Counted from the first letter of the stretch, positions 1-8,744 are shown. The stretch is 64,000 bases of DNA from an uncultured Planctomycetales bacterium (GCA_964645795.1 CAZYCL010000003.1:188290-252289); one strand, 5' to 3'. Translations and numbers: made by a program. Notes: generated by a model not told the origin, from the sequence alone.

Positions 1-225
1 TATATAGGCCTGGGCTACCTTACCTCTTCGGTAAAGGCAGTTGAGGTTGACGGTGTAGCCGCCAGCAAAGAGACCGTGCTTAGCAATAAATACCCCATTG
101 CCAGGCCATTGTTTATGTACACTAACGGAGCCCCCAAAGGGCTAACCAAAGAGTTCATTGATTTTATTGTGAGCTCCGAAGGGCAAAAGCTAGTGGAAGA
201 GGATGGGTTTGTAGGTTTAAAATAG
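1..225 (+). CDS. pstS: phosphate ABC transporter substrate-binding protein PstS, C-terminal fragment (5' end outside window)
   Basis: Open frame from window edge ending TAG at 223-225; translation ...YPIARPLFMYTNGAPKGLTKEFIDFIVSSEGQKLVEEDGFVGLK matches PstS C-terminus; directly upstream of pstCAB. Confidence 0.7.
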   Translation, partial: YIGLGYLTSSVKAVEVDGVAASKETVLSNKYPIARPLFMYTNGAPKGLTKEFIDFIVSSEGQKLVEEDGFVGLK

Positions 226-242
226 GCCGCTTATAAGTTTAT

Positions 243-1124
243 ATGAGCATAAAGGAAAAACTGTATAAGTTGATTTTTGCCGCGCTGGCATTCTCTTCGC
301 TGGTTTTCTTGATCGGCATCATTATCGTGCTTTTCAAAGAAGCCCTGCCGATATTCAACAAAGTAAGTCTTGCGCAGTTTATATCAGGCAGATCGTGGCA
401 TCCCACCTACGACCCTCCCGAATTCGGGATCCTACCCTTGATATCTGCCTCGGCGTTGATAACGGTCGGCGCGGTGATCGTCTGCATCCCTCTGGGCATA
501 GGTAGCGCCCTATACCTGCATGAGCTGGCAGGAAATACCCAAAGGGCATTCCTTAAGCCCCTGGTCGAGCTTCTTGCCAGCATTCCTTCCGTAGTTTACG
601 GCTTTTTCGGCATGGTCATCCTTACGCCATTCCTACAGGAGGTTTTCCATCTTCCCACGGGCCTGACTGCCTTGAACGCCAGCTTAGTGCTGGGGATAAT
701 GGCAACCCCCACTGTATGCAGCATAGCGGATGACGCCCTCGGCTATGTGCCCAAAACTTTCCGCGAGGCATCATTTGCCGTAGGCGCAAACCGCTGGCAG
801 ACCTTGACCCGGGTAGTGATCCCGGCTGCGGGTTCAGGCATATCTACTGCGGTGATCCTGGGGATGAGCCGGGCAATAGGCGAAACAATGACCGTCTTAA
901 TGGTTGCGGGCGGCGCAGCAGTAATACCGCGTTCATTCCTTGAGCCGGTAAGGCCCATGACCGCGGCCATTGCCGCGGAGATGGGAGAGGCGCCCATGGG
1001 AGGGGCGCATTATCACGCCCTTTTTGCAATCGCGCTGATTCTTTTCCTGACTACTTTCGTCTTCAACATTACTGCCGAGATAGTCAGCAGGCGTTTCCGG
1101 ATAAAATTGGGATTAAGCGGATGA
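243..1124 (+). CDS. pstC: phosphate ABC transporter permease PstC
   Basis: 293 aa, multi-TM; EAA-like permease loop (MSRAIGETMTVLMVAGG); operon position after pstS. Confidence 0.85.
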   Translation: MSIKEKLYKLIFAALAFSSLVFLIGIIIVLFKEALPIFNKVSLAQFISGRSWHPTYDPPEFGILPLISASALITVGAVIVCIPLGIGSALYLHELAGNTQRAFLKPLVELLASIPSVVYGFFGMVILTPFLQEVFHLPTGLTALNASLVLGIMATPTVCSIADDALGYVPKTFREASFAVGANRWQTLTRVVIPAAGSGISTAVILGMSRAIGETMTVLMVAGGAAVIPRSFLEPVRPMTAAIAAEMGEAPMGGAHYHALFAIALILFLTTFVFNITAEIVSRRFRIKLGLSG

Positions 1125-1969
1125 AAAAGGATTATATTCAAAGAATAGGTTTTCTTGCGCTTTTCTTGTGCATCGCCATTACCTTATTCTTTTTGGGCTC
1201 GATCATCTATTTTATCAGCGTAAGGGGCCTGGGGGTGCTCTCATGGGAATTTTTGACTCAAGGGCCACGTTCAGGCATGACCCAGGGCGGGATTGCCCCG
1301 GCCATCGTCGGGACATTTTATTTAACCCTGGCCGCTGTTTTATTTGCGCTCCCTTTGGGCCTGGCTTGCGCCATATATTTGTGCGAATATTCGCCCAAGG
1401 GCATTGCGGTCAACCTCATCAGGATAAGCATCAATAATCTTGCCGGCGTGCCATCGGTGGTCTTCGGGCTTTTCGGGCTGGCCGTGTTTGTGAAGTTCTT
1501 TGGCTTTGGCGTATCTATACTCTCAGGCGCTCTTACTCTTGGGATACTGGTGCTTCCTTTGATAATCTCTTCAAGCCAGGAAGCCCTGTTAGCCGTACCC
1601 CAGTCAATAAGAGAGGCCTCGCTGTCATTGGGTGCCTCTAAATGGGAAACTATAAAAAATATAGTTATACCTACGGCAATCCCGGGCATACTCACCGGGA
1701 TAATATTAAGCATCGGCAGGGTGGCAGGGGAAACCGCGCCCATACTTTTTACCGCTGCCTCTTTCTACACCCGCGGCTATCCCGACTCGATCTTCTCGGA
1801 AGTAATGGCGCTGCCGTATCACATCTACGCATTGATGACTGAGGGGACCCATCCGGAAAAACAAACCGCCATCGCATACGGCTCCAGCCTGATACTATTG
1901 TTCATGGTCTTGTTGATCTCGGGGCTGGCTATTTATATCCGTCAGAAACAGAAAAGCGCGCATGGATAA
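1121..1969 (+). CDS. pstA: phosphate ABC transporter permease PstA
   Basis: 282 aa multi-TM permease with [15 protein letters not shown] motif; 4-bp overlap with pstC. Confidence 0.85.
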   Translation: MKKDYIQRIGFLALFLCIAITLFFLGSIIYFISVRGLGVLSWEFLTQGPRSGMTQGGIAPAIVGTFYLTLAAVLFALPLGLACAIYLCEYSPKGIAVNLIRISINNLAGVPSVVFGLFGLAVFVKFFGFGVSILSGALTLGILVLPLIISSSQEALLAVPQSIREASLSLGASKWETIKNIVIPTAIPGILTGIILSIGRVAGETAPILFTAASFYTRGYPDSIFSEVMALPYHIYALMTEGTHPEKQTAIAYGSSLILLFMVLLISGLAIYIRQKQKSAHG

Positions 1970-2726
1970 TAATATAATAAAAATAAAGGCAGAAAATATT
2001 GATTTCTTCTACGGTAGTAACCAGGCCCTGAAGAACATAAGCTTGGATATTTACAAAAATCAGGTAACCGCGATTATCGGCCCTTCGGGATGCGGAAAAT
2101 CCACTTTTATCCGTCTTTTGAACCGGATGCACGAACTTGTACCCAATACCAGGCTTTCCGGAAGCATACTTTTAGACGGCCAGGAGATATGCAGTGACAA
2201 CATTGACGCAGTAGTTATAAGAAAACGCGTAGGAATGGTTTTTCAGAAACCCAACCCTTTTCCCAAAAGCATCTTCGACAACATCAGTTACGGCCTGAAG
2301 GTAAACGGCGTAAAAGATGAATCATATATCGAAGAAAGGGTGGAGCAATCATTAAAAAAAGCGGCATTGTGGCCTGAAGTAAAAGACCGGCTTAAGGAAA
2401 GCGCCCTGAAGCTTTCCGGGGGCCAGCAGCAGCGCCTGTGTATCGCCAGGTGCCTGGCAGTCCAATCCGAAGTCATCCTCTTTGACGAACCCTGCGCCAG
2501 CCTGGACCCCATATCTACCGCCAAAATAGAAGAGCTTATCCTGGAGCTAAAAAAAGATTACACTATTGTTATCGTTACACATAACATGCAGCAGGCAGCC
2601 CGGGTCTCGGATCATACCGCATTTTTCCTGATGGGCGAACTTATCGAGTTCGGTAAAACACAGGATATATTCACCAGGCCCAAGGACCCCAGAACAGAAG
2701 CCTATATCACCGGGAGATTCGGATAG
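1962..2726 (+). CDS. pstB: phosphate ABC transporter ATP-binding protein PstB
   Basis: Walker [10 protein letters not shown], signature LSGGQQQRL, Walker B ILFDEP; typical PstB N-terminus. Confidence 0.9.
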   Translation: MDNNIIKIKAENIDFFYGSNQALKNISLDIYKNQVTAIIGPSGCGKSTFIRLLNRMHELVPNTRLSGSILLDGQEICSDNIDAVVIRKRVGMVFQKPNPFPKSIFDNISYGLKVNGVKDESYIEERVEQSLKKAALWPEVKDRLKESALKLSGGQQQRLCIARCLAVQSEVILFDEPCASLDPISTAKIEELILELKKDYTIVIVTHNMQQAARVSDHTAFFLMGELIEFGKTQDIFTRPKDPRTEAYITGRFG

Positions 2727-3145
2727 TGGGCGCTAAAAAGGTCTTATTCGTTTGTGTTGAAAACAGTTGCCGCAGTCAAATGGCAGAGGGGTTTGCGCGC
2801 AAGCTGGGCAAAGGCATAGTAGAGGCCTATAGTGCCGGATCTAAGCCTTCGGGACAGATAAACCCGCTTGCTGTTGAGGTCATGAAAGAGGCGGGGATTG
2901 ATATATCTTGCCATACTTCTAAAGGGTTTGACAATCTTGCCATAAGAGGCTTTGACTATGTGATATCGATGGGGTGCGCCGATGTTTGTCCTTTTGTTCC
3001 CGCAAAAAAGCATATAGAATGGAAGATTGACGATCCCAAAGGAAAAGCAATTTCCCGTTTCCGGCAGTCCAGAGACGAAATCAGAAACAAAGTAACGGAA
3101 TTAATAAGAAACTTATCCGCAGATGACACAAGAGAGGTGGGTTAA
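2726..3145 (+). CDS. ArsC-type arsenate reductase / low-molecular-weight phosphotyrosine phosphatase family protein (GTG start overlapping pstB stop)
   Basis: 139 aa; P-loop CVENSCRSQMAEG (CX5R) plus downstream Cys pair GCADVCP typical of thioredoxin-coupled ArsC/LMW-PTP fold. Confidence 0.65.
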   Translation: MGAKKVLFVCVENSCRSQMAEGFARKLGKGIVEAYSAGSKPSGQINPLAVEVMKEAGIDISCHTSKGFDNLAIRGFDYVISMGCADVCPFVPAKKHIEWKIDDPKGKAISRFRQSRDEIRNKVTELIRNLSADDTREVG

Positions 3146-3817
3146 ATGCAAAGACACCTGGACCAGGAGTTAAAAGAGCTTAATCAGCAGATCTTGCAGA
3201 TGGGCGCCTTGGCTGAAGAGGCGATTTACAAGTCCGTTGAAGCCCTCAAGAACAGAGATAAGGAGCTGGCCCAAAAGGTAATTGAATCCGACGGCCAGAT
3301 CGACCAGCTGGAGCTGGCGATAGACGAAAAGTGCGTTGACCTTATTGCCCTTTATCAACCCATGGCTAAAGACCTGCGCTTCATTACCATAGGCATGAAG
3401 ATAAACGCGGAGCTGGAGCGGATCGCGGATATCGCCGTTGATATTGCCCAGCGCACCCTTGAAATCGTAGATAAGCCTCTGCTTAAACCCCTGGTAGATA
3501 TCCCCAAGCTGACTGCTGTAGCCCAGAACATGGTAAAGCTGTCTATCGACGCCTTTGTAAAAGGGGATATTGAGCTTGCTAAAAAAGTGCTTTTATCCGA
3601 TTCGCAAGCCGACCAATTGCGCAACCTCATACAAAGGGAGCTGGTGGAAGATTATATGGTCAAAGACGGCTCTACTTCACCCAGAGCGGTGCAGCTTCTG
3701 CTTATAGCGCGCTTCCTGGAGCGGATCTGCGACCACGCTACCAATATCGCCGAAGACGTGATCTACATGGTCCAGGCAGAGGTAGTCAGGCACCATCCCG
3801 AGAAACTTAATGAGTAA
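3146..3817 (+). CDS. phoU: phosphate transport system regulator PhoU
   Basis: 223 aa with two PhoU repeats (..ERIADIAVDIAQ.. and ..ERICDHATNIAED..). Confidence 0.85.
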   Translation: MQRHLDQELKELNQQILQMGALAEEAIYKSVEALKNRDKELAQKVIESDGQIDQLELAIDEKCVDLIALYQPMAKDLRFITIGMKINAELERIADIAVDIAQRTLEIVDKPLLKPLVDIPKLTAVAQNMVKLSIDAFVKGDIELAKKVLLSDSQADQLRNLIQRELVEDYMVKDGSTSPRAVQLLLIARFLERICDHATNIAEDVIYMVQAEVVRHHPEKLNE

Positions 3818-3823
3818 ATCTTG

Positions 3824-3852
3824 TTGCCAATTAAAGAATTTATTCGTATAAT
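3824..3852 (+). promoter_or_regulatory. sigma-70-type promoter upstream of the rubrerythrin gene (TTGCCA-17 nt-TATAAT)
   Basis: ttgcca at 3824-3829, 17-nt spacer, tataat at 3847-3852; RBS aaggagga before ATG at 3904. Confidence 0.45.
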
Positions 3853-3903
3853 CTTAGCGTTCAACCAGAACAAATAATTCGGTCAGAAACCAAGGAGGAA
3901 GTT

Positions 3904-4482
3904 ATGGAAAAATCGCTAAAGGGCACTCAAACTGAGAAAAATCTCTTGGCGGCGTTCGCGGGAGAAGCACAGGCAAGGACAAGATATACTTATTTTGCCT
4001 CAGCGGCGCGCAAAGAAGGCTTTGAGCAGATCGCCAATATCTTCATGGAGACCGCGGAGAACGAAAAAGAACATGCCAAGGTATTCTTTAAATACCTTGA
4101 GGGCGGAGAAGTAGAGATAACAGCAGCCTACCCCGCGGGCATGATCAAAGACACCAAATCTAACCTTGAGGCAGCCGCTGCCGGAGAGAATATGGAATGG
4201 ACCACGATCTACTCCGACTTTGCCAAAACCGCTAAAGATGAGGGCTTTCCGGATGTCGCCCGCTCTTTTGAGCAGGTGGCAAAGGTAGAGAAGTTCCATG
4301 AGGCCCGCTACAGAAAGCTGGCCGGCAACATTGCCAGCTGCGAGGTATTTAAAAAGAAACAGCCGGTAAAATGGCACTGCATCAACTGCGGCTATGTCTT
4401 TGAAGGCCCGGAGGCGCCGAAAGAGTGCCCTGCCTGCAAGCATCCGCAGTCATTCTACGAGATCCTGGCAGAAAACTTCTGA
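3904..4482 (+). CDS. rbr: rubrerythrin (di-iron four-helix bundle with C-terminal rubredoxin-like CxxC...CxxC domain)
   Basis: 192 aa; E..EKEH and E..E..H ferritin-like motifs; C-terminal CINCG...CPACK. Confidence 0.85.
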   Translation: MEKSLKGTQTEKNLLAAFAGEAQARTRYTYFASAARKEGFEQIANIFMETAENEKEHAKVFFKYLEGGEVEITAAYPAGMIKDTKSNLEAAAAGENMEWTTIYSDFAKTAKDEGFPDVARSFEQVAKVEKFHEARYRKLAGNIASCEVFKKKQPVKWHCINCGYVFEGPEAPKECPACKHPQSFYEILAENF

Positions 4483-4504
4483 TATATTATATAGCGGTAA
4501 AGCA

Positions 4505-4545
4505 GGGGAGGGAGGAGGCCAAATCTTCCCTCCCCTTAATTTTTA
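4505..4545 (+). terminator. rho-independent terminator after the rubrerythrin gene
   Basis: ggggaggga ... tccctcccc 9-bp GC-rich stem followed by ttaattttt. Confidence 0.5.
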
Positions 4546-4547
4546 CC

Positions 4548-4576
4548 TTGACATCCACACATTTGTGTGGTATTAA
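4548..4576 (+). promoter_or_regulatory. sigma-70-type promoter of lexA with a palindromic operator-like element (CCACAC-attt-GTGTGG) filling the -35/-10 spacer
   Basis: ttgaca 4548-4553, 17-nt spacer containing inverted repeat ccacac/gtgtgg (4555-4570), tattaa 4571-4576. Confidence 0.45.
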
Positions 4577-4593
4577 TACCCGTAGGGAGTTTG

Positions 4594-4630
4594 TCGGTTA
4601 CGGTTACGTATCGTTAGACGGTTTCGGTTA
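4594..4630. repeat. GGTTACG-heptamer-containing repeat upstream of lexA; same family as the repeats at 5232-5304 and 59739-59776
   Basis: cggttacggttacgtatcgttagacggtttcggtta. Confidence 0.35.
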
Positions 4631-5229
4631 TGGAGGCATGGATGGATTATAAGTTGACCCCCAAGCAAAAGAAAGTGCTGGATTTCATAAGGTTTGCCAC
4701 GCGCAAAAAGGCTGTGCCGACCATCAGAGAAATCGCGCAGGCCATGCATTTTTCTTCGACCGGTACGGTAAGAGACTATCTTAGGGCGCTGGAGAAGAAA
4801 GGATACCTGCGCCGCTTTAATAATAAATCCCGCGCCATCCAGCTCCTAAAGGGAGAAAAAATCCCCATACTCGGCACCATTACCGCGGGCGGCCCGGATC
4901 TGGCGGTAGAGGATGTCATCGGCTACCTTGACCCCCATGAGATATTGAATACCGAAAGCGGCGAGATCTTTGCTTTAAGGGTAAAGGGTGACAGCATGTT
5001 CGATGCCGGCATCCTTGAAGGTGACACCGCCATAATCAGGAAGCAGTCTACTGCCTATAACGGAGATATCATCGCCGCGCTCCTGGAAGGCAATGAAGTT
5101 ACCTTAAAAAGAATACGCATGAAATCCGGCCATCCGCCGTACCTGGAGCCCGCTAACAAGAACTACGAGCCGATCCACAAAGAATTCACTATCCTGGGAA
5201 GAGTGATAAATATAGTGAGAAACTACTGA
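4630..5229 (+). CDS. lexA: LexA repressor (winged-helix N-terminal domain + S24 peptidase C-terminal domain); probable true start ATG 4642 (RBS ggagg)
   Basis: N-terminal wHTH (LTPKQKKVLDFI...REIAQAM), Ala-Gly cleavage site (TAGGPD), catalytic GDSM and K in C-terminal domain. Confidence 0.8.
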   Translation: MEAWMDYKLTPKQKKVLDFIRFATRKKAVPTIREIAQAMHFSSTGTVRDYLRALEKKGYLRRFNNKSRAIQLLKGEKIPILGTITAGGPDLAVEDVIGYLDPHEILNTESGEIFALRVKGDSMFDAGILEGDTAIIRKQSTAYNGDIIAALLEGNEVTLKRIRMKSGHPPYLEPANKNYEPIHKEFTILGRVINIVRNY

Positions 5230-5231
5230 GA

Positions 5232-5304
5232 GTGTTACGAGTTACGTGTTGCGGGTTACGTGTTGCGGGTTTAACACGTAACGCTAAACACGCAACGCGC
5301 AACG
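5232..5304. repeat. Repeat/hairpin element directly after the lexA stop: GTTACG units with inverted repeats gttacgtgtt / aacacgtaac and cgcaacgcgcaacg
   Basis: gttacgagttacgtgttgcgggttacgtgttgcgggtttaacacgtaacgctaaacacgcaacgcgcaacg; can fold as a stem-loop. Confidence 0.4.
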
Positions 5305-5697
5305 AACTTCTGATATTGCCATGCGACATCCCGGATTTAACCCCAAGGCCCGCTGGGACAGGCACATCCCCGAAACCGATGCTGACCAGGCTGCTCCTTG
5401 CCAGCTTAATGATAAGATCGAAGTCCTGGCCAGATTCTCTGGCGCCAGGATCCTTCCTCAAAGCTTTTTCTGGAACAATAAGGAGTACTGCGTAAAAAAG
5501 ACAAATTACATCTGGAGGGAGCGCCAAGGGCAAGAAATCATAATCTACTTTTCGGTAGACACCGGCACCAATCTCTACCAGCTTTCATTCAACAACACCA
5601 GCTTCTCCTGGCGCCTGGTCAAATTGATAGCCTAAACAGGTCACCCGTCACCAGGTCACCACGTCACCGGTGACTTACCTGGCCTGCCGGACAGGCA

Positions 5698-5781
5698 GGG
5701 TGACTTGGTGACCAGTTCAATTTTACTTACCGGGTGACTTGGTGACCAGTTCAATTTTACTTACCGGGTGACTTGGTGACC
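5698..5781 (+). repeat. Tandem repeat of 2.5 x 34 bp (GGGTGACTTGGTGACCAGTTCAATTTTACTTACC) ending 3 nt before the dinB ATG; each unit carries the GGTGAC-TTG-GTGACC motif
   Basis: Units start at 5698, 5732 and 5766; preceded at 5636-5674 by inverted-orientation copies (ggtcacc..ggtcacc..gtcaccggtgac). Confidence 0.6.
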
Positions 5782-5784
5782 ACG

Positions 5785-6936
5785 ATGATCCTACATGTAG
5801 ATATGGACGCCTTCTTTGCCTCCATTGAGCAGGCGATCAACCCGCGCCTAAAAGGCAAGCCTCTTGTGGTAGGGGCGCGGCCAAACAAACCCTACACCGT
5901 AGTCTGCGCTGCCAGCTATGAAGCCAAAGCCATGGGAATAGGCTCCGGGATGAGCGTAAGGGAGGCCCTGAAATTATGTCCGAACCTGGAGTTCGTAGCT
6001 GCCCAGCAGGAAAAGTATATCTATACTTCACAGGAGATCCTGAAGCTTTTAGAAGGCTACGGCTTTACGGTAGAATACCCCTCAATAGACGAATTCCGGC
6101 TGGATGTGCCTGATGAGCTGAACCAGGCAAAAATTGCCGCGGATATCCAGAGACAGATATATGCAAACTTTAACATTACCGCGTCCCTTGGCATAGCCCA
6201 CAATTGCCTGCTGGCAAAGCTTGCCTCAAAGCTCAATAAACCAAACGGCATTGCCTGTATCAATCAGGATAACCTCAAAGACATGCTTTCCCAAACAGCC
6301 GCGGAAAAGCTCTGCGGTATCGGTCCGCAAACCGCGCCCGTACTCCAGAAACTGGGTATAAAAACCTGCTTTGATCTGTATCAAAGATCCGCGCAATACC
6401 TACAGCAGCTATTCGGCAAAAACGGCTTAAACCTTTACCTGGGCTTACACGAAAAAGAAACCCTTGATGATGGCGCAACTCAGGAGTTGCCCAAATCAAT
6501 AGGTCATTCATACACCTTTCCCATGGCCTCAAAAAACCCGGGGTTTATAAAGGCCTGGATAAGGCTCTTATCTGAGATGGTGGCGCGGCGCTTAAGGCAG
6601 GCAGAGCTGGTATCAAAAACCGTACACGTATGGCTAAGCAGCCCGGATAAGGCAGGATTTGACGGCCAGAAAAGCTTCCAGCAGGCCACAAATGACGGAC
6701 TCGAGATCTACTCCAGGAGCCTTAAAATTTGCGCCAGAACCGGCCTTAGCCGGCACAAAATAAGGGCTCTAGGCATCTCTTGTAGCAGTCTTCAAAAGAG
6801 CTGCTACAAGCCTCTTTTAAAGGAAGAGATCCGAAGGGAGGAGGTGACCCGCGCATTAGATAGGATAAACTCCCGCTTTGGCGAAGATTCCATACATCCT
6901 GCCGTAACCTTCCTTGCCGCAAAAATGACGAAATAG
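5785..6936 (+). CDS. dinB: Y-family DNA polymerase IV (DinB/UmuC family); ATG at 5785, the ORF-track TTG at 5773 lies inside the repeat
   Basis: N-terminus MILHVDMDAFFASIEQ (catalytic DMD.FFA motif), SLGIAHN motif, little-finger domain; ~384 aa. Confidence 0.85.
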   Translation: MILHVDMDAFFASIEQAINPRLKGKPLVVGARPNKPYTVVCAASYEAKAMGIGSGMSVREALKLCPNLEFVAAQQEKYIYTSQEILKLLEGYGFTVEYPSIDEFRLDVPDELNQAKIAADIQRQIYANFNITASLGIAHNCLLAKLASKLNKPNGIACINQDNLKDMLSQTAAEKLCGIGPQTAPVLQKLGIKTCFDLYQRSAQYLQQLFGKNGLNLYLGLHEKETLDDGATQELPKSIGHSYTFPMASKNPGFIKAWIRLLSEMVARRLRQAELVSKTVHVWLSSPDKAGFDGQKSFQQATNDGLEIYSRSLKICARTGLSRHKIRALGISCSSLQKSCYKPLLKEEIRREEVTRALDRINSRFGEDSIHPAVTFLAAKMTK

Positions 6937-7108
6937 GGCCCTGTAATTTTTGCTTTCAATAAACATGCTTTTTACTCTGATGTCATCATCTAAAAGAAGA
7001 AGTAAAACCGAGTAAATTAAAAACCCCTTATCCACAGGGAAAAAACAAATACGCGTAAACTATCTGGTACCAGAATGTTGGGGCAAGATTACCAATATGC
7101 TCAAGTTA

Positions 7109-7136
7109 ACATAAGATACATTATAGGAAGTTGGCG
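7109..7136. repeat. Left attachment site: 28-bp dif-like 11-6-11 site (acataagatac-attata-ggaagttggcg) containing the 21-bp direct repeat
   Basis: Shares aagatac-attata-ggaagttg with the right site. Confidence 0.45.
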
Positions 7137-7191
7137 GAATGGAGAGAAAAATGGTGGGTAATGTAAGTAAGATCAAAAAGGCCCAAAAAGC

Positions 7192-7866
7192 ATGCCAAAA
7201 GATAAGCTTAAACCCGGGTTTGATCCTGTGTGGCAAAGCGATCTCTTGGATTTGCGCCAGATGTCCAGCAAGGCCTTTATTCTGCGGCAGATGTATAGAT
7301 CATACCGTAACCCAGAAACAAATATCTGCACCCTTTCCGAGTATCAAATCCAGGCCATTACAGGCTGGAATCGTCAAACCATACGCCGGGCCAAACATCA
7401 GCTTTTCTCTCTTGGCGAGATTGTGCCCCGGGGATCGTTCTCTTTTCTTGTAAAACCCTTCCACCAATTTAAAGACCAAAAAACAGGACAAGAATTGTCC
7501 TGTTTAGAAAACACCCCCCAGGACAAAAACTGTCCTACAATAGGACAGAAATTGTCCTACCAACAGGACAATAATTGTCCTAAAGTAGGACAAAAATTGT
7601 CCCCCCCTAATAATACAGATACAGACAATACAGATACAGATAGCGGTCTTTCATCTTCTTCTGTTGAAAAACCTGTTAATAAGCATGAAGGAAAAATCTG
7701 CGGAAATTGCCAAAACTATGACCGCGAGCATTTAGATACCAGGGGAAATAAAGACGGGTATTGCCCTATTTTAAAAATGAGCTGCCCCCCTTCTCTTAAT
7801 GCCGCGCTTTGCATAAATTTTAATAAACCCGAGCAGCCGGCCCAGCCGGCAGAAAGTGAGGTTTAA
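7192..7866 (+). CDS. Putative replication initiator (lambda O-like organisation): N-terminal HTH, linker encoded by the iteron array, Cys-rich C-terminus
   Basis: HTH-like segment LSEYQIQAITGWNRQTIRRAKHQLFSLGEI; five iterons inside the ORF encode a repetitive linker (GQELSCL/DKNCPT/GQKLSY/DNNCPK/GQKLSP); C-terminal CGNC...C...C. Confidence 0.4.
   Translation: MPKDKLKPGFDPVWQSDLLDLRQMSSKAFILRQMYRSYRNPETNICTLSEYQIQAITGWNRQTIRRAKHQLFSLGEIVPRGSFSFLVKPFHQFKDQKTGQELSCLENTPQDKNCPTIGQKLSYQQDNNCPKVGQKLSPPNNTDTDNTDTDSGLSSSSVEKPVNKHEGKICGNCQNYDREHLDTRGNKDGYCPILKMSCPPSLNAALCINFNKPEQPAQPAESEV
7485..7645. repeat. Iteron array: five 17-bp palindromic iterons AGGACA-N5-TGTCCT (starts 7485, 7520, 7542, 7565, 7588; mostly 22-23 bp spacing) followed by ACAGATA-type AT-rich repeats; putative origin of replication
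   Basis: aggacaagaattgtcct, aggacaaaaactgtcct, aggacagaaattgtcct, aggacaataattgtcct, aggacaaaaattgtccc, then taataatacagatacagacaatacagatacagata. Confidence 0.6.
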
Positions 7867-8469
7867 ATGGCTATTGAGGCAAAAAGGCAATGCGGTTATA
7901 GGAAAATAGGCGGTATTTACTTAGTGGGATCAGGCGAAGGTATTGTTTGCGATCGCCTTCCTTATCCTCTTGAAATTTGTCCTTGCTGTGGGGCCGGGAT
8001 CAAGCCAGCGCGCGGCTTTACCTGGATTCACGCGATAAAATTCTTCGGGGTCGGGCATCTTAATTGTAAGGATAGCGTTCCCGGGTGTCCAATATGTAAC
8101 CCCTTACCCGGAAAATATGGTTTGCTCTGGGTCGGCGATAAATTTTATACGCCGCAAGAATTTATCCAAGAGGCCCGGGACCTGGGGATATCCCGGCGTA
8201 TAGCACAAATTCCAAAGGGCTTAAAGCTGGGTGAAACCTGGATTTTGTTTGCACATAGAAAAGCTATCGTCAAGCCGCAGCCAGGCCCCGGCGAACTGTT
8301 TAAGGATATACCGGCCATCTTTTACGCTTTTCGGCCCCAGCGCATTGAAAAGATCATCAGCGAAAGCCAGGCAACCGAAAAGGCCCTGGCTGATCTGGAA
8401 AAGCGCGGCATTACGCCGGTTATTGTGCCAGATGATGACTCGGATCATCAACCCGGGGGCAAACAATGA
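7867..8469 (+). CDS. Hypothetical Cys-rich protein (element-encoded)
   Basis: 200 aa, start 1 nt after previous stop; CPCCG...CKDSVPGCPIC cysteine clusters. Confidence 0.4.
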   Translation: MAIEAKRQCGYRKIGGIYLVGSGEGIVCDRLPYPLEICPCCGAGIKPARGFTWIHAIKFFGVGHLNCKDSVPGCPICNPLPGKYGLLWVGDKFYTPQEFIQEARDLGISRRIAQIPKGLKLGETWILFAHRKAIVKPQPGPGELFKDIPAIFYAFRPQRIEKIISESQATEKALADLEKRGITPVIVPDDDSDHQPGGKQ

Positions 8470-8744
8470 TCGCCAAAATTATCAAGGTGCATGAGCAAAA
8501 GTCCTTCCTGGGCCAGTCCTTCTATTACATCTTTTTCAAAGGAAAGGACGGCCATAGTTATAAGACCTGCGCTTATCCTCAATTCGGCAATTATCCGCGC
8601 TGGCAGAAATTCATTGAGGCATTTCGCGCGGCCCAGGGAATACGTGAGGTCTGGCTTGACGGCCTAAATGTAATAGGCAAAAACCTTATAGACGCGGACA
8701 GCTATGCGCGCGAACTCCAAGAAAGCGAGGTGATTGGATACTGA
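8466..8744 (+). CDS. Hypothetical protein (element-encoded)
   Basis: 92 aa ORF, 4-bp overlap with the upstream gene, same strand as neighbours. Confidence 0.35.
   Translation: MIAKIIKVHEQKSFLGQSFYYIFFKGKDGHSYKTCAYPQFGNYPRWQKFIEAFRAAQGIREVWLDGLNVIGKNLIDADSYARELQESEVIGY

Noticed and set aside
743-1743. Antisense and alternate-frame ORFs inside pstC/pstA (743-997, 844-1029, 1168-1437, 1318-1743, 1642-1842)
   Set aside because: They lie wholly within well-supported transporter genes on the same or opposite strand and have no RBS or functional signature; treated as shadow ORFs.
5530-5784. Canonical LexA boxes (CTGT-N8-ACAG, GAAC-N4-GTTC) upstream of dinB and lexA
   Set aside because: Neither pattern is present in 4483-4640 or 5530-5784, so a standard SOS box was not annotated. 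The unusual direct repeats are reported as a finding instead.
6937-7108. tRNA or tmRNA gene as integration target next to the element boundaries (also 18116-18167)
   Set aside because: No cloverleaf-compatible sequence and no T-loop-like GTTCRANYC motif found on either side; the attachment sites look dif-like instead.
7139-7453. ORF 7139-7453 overlapping the 5' half of 7192-7866 in another frame
   Set aside because: The 7192-7866 frame contains the HTH-like segment and is continuous through the iteron region. The 7139 frame gives a Cys/Arg-rich peptide without features; kept only as a possible alternative start context.
7485-7604. Possible CRISPR array (regularly spaced repeats)
   Set aside because: The repeats are only 17 bp and internally palindromic, the variable spacers are 5-18 bp, and they sit inside a coding frame with no cas genes nearby. 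They are iterons, not CRISPR.
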